Of a stretch of 64,000 nucleotides of DNA, positions 12,046-22,996 are shown one piece after another. The position numbers and the translations under genes were made by a program. Source of the DNA: Felis catus (Eukaryota). The notes under the pieces are model-generated. The model saw only the letters and a list, made by a program, of their open reading frames with translations, did not search any database and was not told where the DNA came from. How positions within the stretch are numbered: position 1 is the stretch's first letter; every line of letters starts with the position of its first letter. The DNA is taken from positions 204,230,001 through 204,294,000 of the forward strand of contig NC_058368.1 of assembly GCF_018350175.1 (NCBI RefSeq), read 5' to 3'.

Positions 12046-13939
12046 TATTGGAAAAGAGGGATACCAGGAACAATTTAGGAAGCTTTAAAGTGGTTTGTAA
12101 GTGTCTTAGCATAGCATGGTGAAAAAATACAAACATTAAGCCTAATTCTCAACACCTTTTCCTAAGTTACTTAGAGAAAGAGGTGGAAATCAAATCAGTA
12201 GATGTTATTTGAATATGTTAGGTATCCTAAGGGTTCAGCTTTCCAGATCCTCCATTCCTCAGCTACAGTCTGTTTGGGAGCAGAAAAATTGCCCGAGTAG
12301 CTAGCAAAAAACATAGTGGGATGAAAGGGAAATTATGTATGACGATAAAATTGGTCACTTCATTGCTCAGCTGACAAAGTTTGTAAGATGCTAGCCTTTT
12401 TACATGAAGACTTTGAAAAGGATAACTGTAAAGACAACTAAAAAGTGAGGGCATGAGAGAAGTGCATACTGGTGAGAGCAGCCATGGGTGGAAGCAAAAA
12501 GGAGCAGCCGAAAGACAAAGGAATTGAGGAAGAGTAGGGAGAGGAGACGCAGTCCAGTCGCAGTCGCTTACAATAGCTCCATTTCCCTTGCAAAGCCTAA
12601 CACATTGATTTGTTTTCTTGTCAGAGAAGGGTTGAAGGAAGAGAAATGACTGCACAGTCAATAGCTACCTAAATTGTATTTCAGTATTTTTTTTCCCAGC
12701 TCACCTTCTATTATTAATTTACTTATTCAACTTCTTAATAGGGATGCTAGTCAAAAATAGTACAGAAGAGAGTTCATAAGAAGTTGGGTCGTCATATGAG
12801 CAACAGCACTAAAGGTAGTTTGTATTGTTGCTTACAGCCAGAAAAATGTCGTATGTGGAAAAAAAAGATGTTTTTCAGTGATGAATAATCAGCAGGCCTT
12901 GGAATAAGTCATATCGAAGTCTTTACCACAGATGCTTAAAATGTTGAAAGATCTCTTTCATCCTTCATCCATAGACTAGAGTACAACGAAAGAGTACAAA
13001 TTGACAAGGAGGTGAATACATTCCACTGTAGTAAGGCCAGTAAAGCAGACAAGTTCCATGAACTGTGAAGACTTTTCTAGTGACTTGAATAGAGAGATGT
13101 TTTAGATATTAAAGTCTTCATTAATTTTACAGTGAGCTAGTTAAGTGACACTATTGTCTAGTTGTGTGCCACTGCTCACATTTCATTCTAGCTTAATGAG
13201 GAAAAAGAGAAAGGATACGCATGTCAGAGATTCTGCCCTCTACCCATTACCATTTGTCCCAGTGTCTGTTTCTGTGGAACATGGTAAGAGTTAATGTTCA
13301 TAATGTTAACCCTTCTATTCAAGGAGAAGAGAATATGTAATATACTGTGTTTAAGAAAACAATGAAATGAGTAAGTAGTCTATCCCAGAAGAAACTTAAT
13401 AGAAAATACTTATATTTTGACACCTAATTCAACTGTAAAAACTTGGCCCCCCAAAACCATCTGTTTCTGAAGGGTTCCATATAAATGAGGCCTTACTTAT
13501 ATGTGCAAAGTACAGAAGAAAAAGAAAAAAAATCCTTTCTCCTGAAAAAGACAATCTAGGTATGAAAATCAGAAGGTTAAAGAGTTCAAGAGATTACAAT
13601 GAGTATATGATTAGTTCACAGTGCTATAGAAATTCAAGGAAGAAGAGAACACTTCTTTCAGAGAAGTGATAGGATTTTAGTAGGTTTTTAACTTTGACTA
13701 AACTTGGAGGAGGAAAGAAGAGGGTATACCAGGTGAGTATTAAAAAAGTTGCAGCAGGCGGGATCTGTGGTTAGATAGGTGGACAGAGGAGTGGGGCCTG
13801 GAACTCCAGCAGGATATGGCAGAGGGAGAGAAGAGTAGGAAAGAGCTTTCCAACAGAAAGCCCCGATTTTAGATGTGATATCTAGATTTTCATTCCAGTT
13901 TGTTTTTGTCTTTTCTTGTTTAGATATCAATCTTTAAAC

Positions 13940-14952
13940 AAAATTTTTTTAATGTTTTTTTGAGAGAGAGAGCAAGCGAGCATGGGGGAAGGGGCAGAGA
14001 GAGAGAGGGAGACACAAAATTGAGGCAGGCTCCAGGCTCGTCAGCACGGAGCCCGATGTGGGGTCTTGAACTCATGAACTATGAGATCATGACCTGAGCC
14101 TAACCGACTGAGCCACCCAGGCACCCCTCGATTACCAATCTTTTAAATTCTTGCATTTCAGTAAGAAAGCTACCTTTTTATGGATGTTATAGTTTATTGA
14201 CCTAATATTTGCAAATGATCTGTTTGGGCAGATAAAATTATGTAATAGTGCAGTTTCATATGAGAATTTTTTTTTCTTTTTATTTCCTTTTTTTTTTTAA
14301 CTTTATAATGTCTCTCAAGTTATGGCCATGTACCTTGTGCCACTGAATTTCCAGAGTGTAGCATTTGTTTTTTATTGTACTTCAAATAGAAAAAATAGTT
14401 ATATAAAAAAACTTCAAATAAATAGAAAAAATAGTTATATAAAAAAAAAGTTGGGGCGCCTGGGTGGCTCAGTTGATTAAGCATTCGACTTCAGCTCAGG
14501 TCATGATCTTATATTTCACAAGTTCGAGCCCCGTGTTGGGTTCTGTGCTGACAGCTCAGAGCCTGGAGCCTGCTTCAGACTCTATGTCTCCCTCTCTCTC
14601 TGCCCCTCCCCCGCTCGTACTCTGTTTCTCTCTCTCAAAAATAAATCAAACATCAAAAAAAAATTTGTTTTCAAGTTGTGGCAGGAATGCCCGTTACCTT
14701 CAAACATTAATACCTGATTCAAAAGTCCTTGAGGTGAGGACTTCCATTCACTTACATTATTCATTAAAAGCACTCAATAGCAGGGAGCCTGGGTGGCTCA
14801 GTCAATTGAGCGTACGACTTGGGCTCAGGTCATGATCTCATGGCTCTTGAGTTCGTGCCCTGCATCAGGCTCTGTGCTGACGGCTTGGAGCCTGGAGCCT
14901 GCTTTGGATTCTGTGTCTTCCTCTCTCTCTCTGCCCCTCCCCCGCTCATGCT

Positions 14953-14996
<44 letters not shown>

Positions 14997-15594
14997 AATA
15001 AATAAACATTCAAAAAAATTTTTTAATTTAAAAGTACTCAGTAGCTATCAGTTGAATTAAGTTGATTTGTTGCTAAATAAAGCCAATATAGAGAGAATTC
15101 ATATGCTCTACTGGCAGAACCAGACAGGCACCCATATAAAGAGAATTCTTAACTTCTGGGTACTTCTAAAATTCAAAACTTTATGAAAAAAAAAAATCAA
15201 GTATGCTTACTTGAAATATTGTGGATATAAAAGAATCAGACAACTATCATTAACTTACTTTTTTTTTCTTTTTGCACAGGTCTGTGGCCTCTGAACTTGA
15301 AAAGATAAAGAAGTTTAACTGTATCCTTTAAACAGAATGTACTGTCCTGTATAATTACTCCCTTTAGGTTCTAGGCTTAATTCATGACTCTGTACTTTAT
15401 ATTAATCCATACTTACGTATTCTGGAGCTTTACTGAATAACATTTAAGATATATCTTGTCTAGGGGCACCAGGGTGGCTCAGTTGGTTAAGCATTCAACT
15501 CCTATTTTTAGCTCAGGTTATGATCTCACAGTTTCATGAGTTCAAGCCCCACGTCGGGCTGTGTGCTGACCCTGCAGAGCCTGCTTGAGATTCA

Positions 15595-15628
<34 letters not shown>

Positions 15629-15680
15629 TTGCCCCTCCCCTGCTCACCCTCTGTCTCTCAAAATAAATAAACTTAAAAAA
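13940..15680. mobile_element. SINEC cluster: ~13940-14127(-), 14453-14665(+), 14782-15030(+), 15462-15680(+)
   Basis: Recognisable SINEC heads and tails; these explain the MAQ...SSAQVMI ORFs in the track. Confidence 0.85.
15280..15320 (+). CDS. C5orf34: C5orf34 orthologue penultimate coding exon (41 nt)
   Basis: Long T tract then cacAG; (W)SVASELEKIKKFN; followed by U12-type donor GTATCCTTT. Confidence 0.87.
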
Positions 15681-17119
15681 CAAAGATATATCTTGTCTAT
15701 AGAAGGTATATCATGTCAACATTTATACTTTTGAGTGAGTTTAAATAGGGCAGGGGACAGTGAACTAGGGTTAGGGTCTCCTATGGAGACTTTTTCACTT
15801 ATATAATTCTATTCTAAATTATAACAGACCTATGTCTGACTTTTCCTTTCTTTTTTCTTAGGATATTTATTATTAAAAATTCTTTTATTTTTAATTTCTG
15901 CTTTATTGAGGTATAACTGACAAAATTGTAAGAGATTTAAGGTGTACGTTGTGGTGACTTGATACACACATACTGTGAAAGGATTACCCTGTCTTGTTAA
16001 TAATGAACACCCATGTCACCTCACATATCTATATCTATATGCCCTATATCTATTCCTTCCTCTCCCCACCCTTTTTTTTGGTAAGAACCTCTGAGTTTCA
16101 TTCTTCTAGCAAACCTCAACCATACAACACAAGGTTATCTACTATAGTCACCATGTTATACATTAGATCCTCAGACCTTATACAATTTAGAGCTGGAAGT
16201 TTGTCTTCTTTTACCAATCTCTATTTTATCCACCCCCACCCCCTGGAAACCATTTTTACTGTTTCTATCAGTTTGACTTTTTAAAAAAATTCCACATATA
16301 AATGACACTGCAGTATTTGTGTTTCTGTCTGGCTTATTTCATTTAGCATAATACCCTCAGAATCCTTCTGTGTTTTAAATGGCAGGATTTCCTTATTTCT
16401 CATGGCTGAGTAGTATTCCATTGTATACATATACCATCTCTCTTTTTTTTTTAATTTTTTATTTTATATTAGAGAAAGGAGAGAGACACGTGAACAGGGA
16501 AGGGGCAGAGAGACGGAGACAAAATCTGAAGCAGACTCCAAGCTCTGAGCTGTCAGCACAGAGCCCAATGCGGGGCTTGAACTCCCAAGTAGTGAGATCA
16601 TGACCTGAGCTGAAGTCGGACGCTTAACCGACTGAGCCACCCAGGTGCCCCTATACCATATCTTCTTTATCCGTTCATTTGTTACTGGACACTTGGTTTG
16701 TTTCCATATCTTGGCTATTGTGAATAATGCTGCAATGAACATGGGAATGCAGATATCTCTTTGAGATCCTGATGTCATTTCCTTTGGATATATCTGCAGA
16801 ATTTGAATTGCTGAATGGTATGATAGTTCTTTTTTTAATTTTTTGAGGAGCTTCCATACTGTTTTCCATAGTGTCTACACCAATTTACACTGACACCAAG
16901 GTACACAAGGGTTCTCTTTTCTCCACATCCTTACCAGCACTTGTTAACTATTGTCTTTTTGATGATAGCCATTGAAATACATATGAGGTGAGACCTTATT
17001 GTGGTTTTGATTTGCATTTCCCTGATGATTTGCGATGTTGAGCACTTTTCCATATACCTATTGACCATTTGTATGTCTTTGAAAAAGTATCTATTCAGTT
17101 TCTCTGCCCATTTTTTTAT

Positions 17120-17163
<44 letters not shown>

Positions 17164-19610
17164 ATTTAGTTGTATGAGCTCTTTATGTATTTTGGATATT
17201 AACCTCTTATCAAATATATGATTTGCAAATACATTCTCTGATTTCATAGATTGTCTTTTCATTTTGTTGATGGTGCCCTTTGCTGTGCAGAAGCTTTTAA
17301 GTTTGATGTACTTCCATTTGTTTATTTTTGCTTTTGTTGCCTTTGCTTTGTTATCAAATCCAAAAAAATCACTGCCAAGACTGATGTCAAGGACCTTACC
17401 CCGTGGTTTCTTCTAGGGGTTTTATGGTTTCAGGTCTTATATTCAAGTTTTCAGCCCATTTTGAGTTGATATTTGTGTAGGGTGTAAGATAAGAGTCCAG
17501 TTTTTCCAGCACCATTTATTGAAGAGACCATCTTTTCCCCCATTGTATATTCTTGGCTCCTTGGTTGTAAATTAATTGACCATGTATTACGTGGGTTTAT
17601 TTCTGGGCTCTCTATTCTGTTCCATTGATCTATGTGTCTATCCTTATCCCCATGCTATACTGTTTTGATTACTATAACTTTGTAATATAGTTTGAGATCA
17701 GGAAGCATTATGCCTCCAGCTTTGTTCTTAAGATTCGGCTCTTTGGGTTCTTTTGTGGTTCTGTGCAAATTTTAGGATTGTTTATTATGTTTCTTTGAAA
17801 AATGCTTTTGGAATTTGATAGAGATTGAATTGTATTTGTACATTGTTTTGGGTGGCATGGACATTTTAACAATTTTAATTCTTCCAATTTAGGAGTACAA
17901 AATAGCTTTCCATTTATTTGTGTCTTCTTCAGTTTCCATCATGAATGCCTTAGTATATAGATCTTTCACTTTCTTGCTTAAATATATTCCTAGGCATTTT
18001 ATTCTTTTTGATATAATTATAAATGGGATTGTTTTCTTAATTTCTGATAGTTTGTTATTAGTGTATTTAATTGATTTTTTTGTACATTGATTTTACATCA
18101 TGAAACTTTACTGAATTTATTGGTTCTAACAGTTTTTGGGTGGAGTCTTTAGGATCTTCTATATATAATGTCATATCATCTGCAAATAGAAACAGTTTTA
18201 CTTTTTCTGACTTGAATTCCTTTTCTTTTTTGCCTAATTGCTCTGGCTAGGACATTATGTTGAATAACACTGGCGAGAGTGGGCATCCTTGTCTTATTCC
18301 TGATCTTAGAGGAAAAGCTTTCAGTTTTTCACCATTGAGTATGATGTTAGCTGTGGGCTAGTCATATGTGACCTTTATTATAATGAGGTACATTCCTTCT
18401 ATACCCAGTTTGTTGACAGTTTTTCTACATCTATTGAGATAATCAGGTAATTTTTATCCTTCATTTTGTTAATGTGGTGTATCACATTGACTGATTTTCA
18501 TATGTTGAAACATCCATGCATTTCTGGAATAAATCTCAGTTGATTGTGGTATATGATCATTTTAAGGTATTGTTGATTCCATTTGCTAATCTTTTGAGGA
18601 TTTTTTTGCATTTATATTCATCAGGGATATTGTCCTGTAATTTTTTTTAACATTTTTTTTTCATTTATTTATTCAAAAGCAATCTCTTCACCCAATATGT
18701 GGCTTGAATCTGTGACCCTGAGATGAAGAGTCATATACTCTTCTGACTGAGCCAGCCAGGCACCCCGATAATTTTTTCTGACCAGTGTTCTTGTCTGGTT
18801 TTGGTTGTCAGGGTAATGCTGGACTTAAAGATGAGTTTGGACATACTCCCTCCACTTCTATTTTTTGGAAGAGTTTGAGAAGGATTGGTATTAATTCTTT
18901 TTCAGTGCTTGGAGGAATTCACCAGTGAAACCATCTGGCCCTGGGCTCTTATTTATTTGGAGGCTCTGGATTACTGATTCAACCTCCTTATTAGTGATTG
19001 ATCTATTCAGATTCTCTCTTTCATGATTCAGTCTTGGTAGGTTGTATGTTTCTAGGAATTACCTGTTTCTTCTAGGTTGTCCAATTTGTTGACATATAAC
19101 TGGGCTCATTTTCTTAAGAAACTTTTTGTTCTGTAAGTTCCCACCTCATTCATTTAAATTTATCTAATGATTTTTCTGTAATCCTATTCAAATAATAAAG
19201 TAGCTCTGCAACAGAGGACAGGTTTCTTTTCATTCTAGATCTTTTTTAAATTAAAAAATACAATGCATAGATTATTTATATTCCTGTCACTCTTTTGTTC
19301 TTTTAGTCCCATATCACTTCTTCACTTAAAGGAATGTTGAGATTTTAATTCTTTCATCTCCTATCACCAAATTTCCATCCAAATACACACACATACCTAC
19401 TCTTTCCTTTCTTCTTCTCTTCTACTCTAACTAGTTTCTTTATCAATAAGGGGTAGACTTGATAAGTTCTAAAGTACCAAATCTATTATGAATCCAAGAG
19501 ACCTTCCTAACAGAGAAATAATATTCTAATATGAAGACCAGGCTTTCTGAAATTAAAAGTACTTATATAATGAAAAATTTGGGGAAAAACTCCTTAACTA
19601 AGCAACTTAG
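15321..19610 (+). other. C5orf34: U12-type (minor spliceosome) GT-AG intron, last intron of C5orf34
   Basis: 5' site GTATCCTTT; branch site TCCTTAAC at 19591-19598; AG at 19609-19610; no polypyrimidine tract; splicing keeps the frame (T|TG = Leu). Confidence 0.88.
15885..19100 (-). mobile_element. L1 LINE fragment (~3.2 kb; 3'UTR plus degenerate ORF2), antisense within the U12 intron; SINEs nested at ~16440-16651 and ~18645-18766
   Basis: Minus-strand peptide QRDICIPMFIAALFTIAKIWKQTKCP (L1 ORF2 C-terminus); typical L1 3'UTR near 15900; many frameshifts. Confidence 0.9.
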
Positions 19611-19804
19611 TGTTACTGGAGAATAGTGGTATCCTAAACCAGATTTCCAACAAAGAAAATGAACAGTCATCTGATCATTATGAACCAAAACCTTCAGAAA
19701 CCTTGCTGGAAGAAGTTAATGAAAAGAGAGTATCAGTGGCATTGAAAAAAACCTCTGAAATCCTTCAGGATATTGACTATCTTCTATTAAATTCTAAAAA
19801 GTGA
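19611..19804 (+). CDS. C5orf34: C5orf34 orthologue last coding exon
   Basis: (L)LLENSGILNQISNKENEQSSDHYEPKPSETLLEEVNEKRVSVALKKTSEILQDIDYLLLNSKK-TGA; resembles the recalled human C5orf34 C-terminus. Confidence 0.88.
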
Positions 19805-19967
19805 ATCACAAACCTTAAGGATGTTGTTTCAAGTGACTAGTATTACTAGTAAGCCAAGAAATTACATATATTACTTCTGTGCAATGATTATATGAAAAAA
19901 TGACAGTTAACTTTGGGGGTTACCTAACTTGTAAATTTTAAGATATATATTTATAATGTACGTTATT

Positions 19968-19973
19968 AATAAA
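19968..19973 (+). terminator. Putative polyadenylation signal of C5orf34
   Basis: AATAAA about 165 nt after the stop codon, with U-rich sequence downstream. Confidence 0.6.
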
Positions 19974-21679
19974 GAACTATTTTAGAATTTTGAACAATTA
20001 TTTCATATTTATGAAAAAAATTTATAAAATCATAGTTGTTACTGTTTTATCTTGCAGAGAATTTACTATTAATCCTCAAAGTTGTTTTTTTTTTTTTCCT
20101 TTTTAAATATGCAGAATTTTGTGCATTTGGTCATTTGCTATTTGGTGTCTCCAAATATTTTTCAACAGAACTGCCCAAAGAGAATTAGATCTTTAAATCA
20201 TACAGGCAATATTGCTTCAAGCTAAGAATTGAGCACTTCATCAGAGACCAATTTTATCTGAATTGGCTTATTAATTTCTTTTGAACATCTGAAAAAAACT
20301 GATGCTATACAAGTGTGTGCAACTAAAATGACCTCATCAAAAGCGCTGTTTATTGGAACCTTGCCAATTGGGAAATAACAAAACTACACACTAAAGAGAC
20401 TTCAAGATTTGACAAATATAGCAAAAATATTCTGATTAACTTCTGATTTCTAGAAAAGACCAGCTTCTTGACATGGAAGAAAGAACATAGGAAACAAGGA
20501 GAAAAAGGAAATGAAGCAGAGCATAGATTAGGAGTGATAATGTCAGTGACCTGAATGGGCACAGTGTTCTCTTGATAGCTTCTCTCTGGACTCCTTGCCA
20601 CCTTTAAATCTCAGCACCAATTATTACTTCTTCAGAAGGGCCTCCCCCATTAGTCTCTATTACATCATCCTAGTTATTTCCTTTATAGCACATACTGTAG
20701 TTGTACAACTTTTGTTTCTTTGTAGTCTAGATCCTTCACTAGAACTTGAGCTCCATAAAGTCATTCTATAGTCTGTTACTAAGCATGGTGTTCAGCATAC
20801 AGAGAATTCAGTATGTATTGTAGAAATGAATCAGTGCCTTCGGGCTGTAGGCTGACTGCACAGAAAAGAACTAACCCTTTCTCTTTGTTTTGGTTGCAGG
20901 AAACCTTCCATGTTGTTCTTCTATAGCTCTAGAAAGCCTGGAGTATAAGATGTACAATGCTGCCCTAAGGGCAATGTGAAATTGTTACTACAATTGAGAC
21001 AAATTGTCCTTATCATGACTAAAAGCACCCCATATTGTGGTTAATGTGTTCTTTTTGATTAGCTTTTAAACTATGTGAGTTAAATTGTGTATCGTTTTCC
21101 TCAGTTGAATCTTTTCCACTGGCTAAGGACCAAGAGTGTGGCAAGCAATGAAAAGTTCTATCACTGAGAAACTGAGTCACACTTCAGGGTTTTGTGAGAG
21201 GCCTAGGAGTTTGCTTGATATTGAAGATCTCACTTTCTACTACAGAATTCTCTTTCAGCTCTATGATTAATATAATCCCACTACTACCCTTGCTTTCCAT
21301 CTGACACTTGTTCTGAGAAACTGTAGGTAGAAGAAGAAAGCAATGCCCCTCTTTGAGCCTATTCTTTTGGGCCAGTGCCTCCTAGAGCCAGTGCCAAGCT
21401 AGACATCTCGGTGCTCACTCAGGCAAAAGACAGGCTGGGACCTGACCACAGTCCCATTAAAAAGCTGCATCTTGTGAGTTTGGTTAATTAGGGTCAAGCT
21501 ACGTTTTACGCAGTTTTTTCAACTCCTGTGCGTTTAGCAGTCACGATTAAGCCAGGCCTGCCACTGCTGCTACAATAAAGTGTAGCACCCACCGTCCGCC
21601 CACAAAGTGGCGAAGTATAATTATCAAGAATTCCCCAAGGGGGCGTTGGAGCGCTATGGAGGAGCGGCCGACCCGCAAA

Positions 21680-21758
21680 GCCGCGTGGTGTCACCGTCTC
21701 CTGAAAAACTCTCCGACGCCGCGTGGTGTCACCGTCCCCTGAAAAACTCTCCGACGCC
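21680..21758. repeat. 38-bp tandem duplication in the TMEM267 CpG island
   Basis: GCCGCGTGGTGTCACCGTC(T/C)CCTGAAAAACTCTCCGAC twice, one mismatch. Confidence 0.95.
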
Positions 21759-22149
21759 CAACTTGAAAGCCATTTCTCTACCTCTTCGGGACCCAAGACG
21801 GCCTGTGGCTCCTAGCTCAAGCGTCTAAGCGTATGGCCTGTGCCTCCGACATTCGGTGAGGCCACTTCTGCTTTCTTAGCTTTCTGGCCGCCAGGGAGGG
21901 TGCATTATGGGTATATCGGCTAAGTCTGGGGCACGGAGCCGGCACAGCCAAGAACGAATGCTCAGGTTTGACATAGGAAACCAACAAGGCACTTTGCACT
22001 TATCCCCCCACTATCCCAAAGGTCTCCTTATGTGGTACGGCGGGAGAAAACTGCAGGAAGCCACCACCTCCACCAGCGGACCCCAGAGCTATCCGTTCCG
22101 GTCCGTTATGCATGGGGCCAGTATCCCGGCGTCCTCTCGGCGGACGTTT

Positions 22150-22268
22150 GGCGGGTGCTGGGGCCGCTCTGGCCGGCGTCCGGCGTCTCTATGGTGCCGG
22201 CCTAGGGGAGGGAAGAGAGGCGGGGCCGCCGTTTGTGCTGCGAAGGACTTCAACCTGAAGAGCTGAGG
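22150..22268 (+). other. TMEM267: Probable non-coding first exon of TMEM267 (start approximate)
   Basis: Lies in the CpG island; candidate donor GAGG|GTGGGT at 22269 (alternative GAG|GTGGGA at 22343); the coding exon at 34000 has a clear acceptor, so an upstream exon is required. Confidence 0.45.
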
Positions 22269-22996
22269 GTGGGTGCGGCTGAGCTCCGCGAGGGACTGGG
22301 CGGGAAGGGGACGGAATGGACGCCGCGAAACTGCGTCCTGAGGTGGGAGGCCGAAGCTCCAGAGTCTGGATGGGGTGGGCGTGCAGGGGCGGCGAGCGCG
22401 CGGGACGCGAGAGCAAGCGGGGTGTGCTGAACCCGTGGGCCGTCACTGTCTGATGGTCCCGGGATCTGCGCGAAGCCCCGGCGTCTCCCTCAGGCTTCGT
22501 CGCGCCTTCGAGATTCCATAAGCACCGGGTCCTCCCCTAGGCTTTGTACCCCGGCGTTTCCCTGGCCGAGGGCGGCGTGGCGGGGGTCTTGCCGGAGTTG
22601 CCCATTGCCCTCTTTACCAGGCACGACAGTCCTGCCCGCTCCGGATCCCTGGAGGCGTGACTGTTAAAAGTGTGACACGGTCTCTTCCGTGCACATGGAA
22701 TATTTGGTAACGTTGACGCCAGGCCTTCCTGCCCCATTTTCTTAATCGGCATTTTAAGATTATTGCATCACACCAGCCTTAGGAAAGAACGCTTTGGGAA
22801 TTTGCCGAGATTTGAAATATACTGAGATTTAGAATTGTATGTTTTGTTACTAATAGTGTAGGAATTAAACATTTTATGTTCAGGCTATAAAAAGTTTCTG
22901 TGAAAGTGAGGATTTGTGTTTCCTTCCTTTGCAGTTAGCTGCATTAGACTGGGCATCTGCTCTAGGTATTGTAGCATTAAAAATATATATGTATTT

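Larger units (their letters stand above)
21590..22720. promoter_or_regulatory. TMEM267: CpG island / TMEM267 promoter
   Basis: Abrupt GC- and CpG-rich stretch in AT-rich surroundings; GC box GGCGGGGC near 22219; ZNF143/Staf-like TACCCATAATGCAC on the minus strand near 21900-21913. Confidence 0.85.

Noticed and set aside
12263..13330. 132-aa minus-strand ORF and adjacent unassigned intronic sequence
   Set aside because: No recognisable protein or splice context; possibly an ancient transposon remnant, which cannot be assigned without a database search
14464..15013. Recurrent ORFs such as MAQ...SSAQVMI...SLSLSL or ERERER throughout the window
   Set aside because: These are translations of SINEC bodies and (CT)n tracts, not genes
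21680..21758. Direct repeats resembling a CRISPR array
   Set aside because: Only two adjacent copies with no spacer, in a mammalian genome; it is a simple tandem duplication
21506..22752. Several 60-119 aa ORFs in the CpG island
   Set aside because: High GC content depletes stop codons; TMEM267 coding starts at 34077
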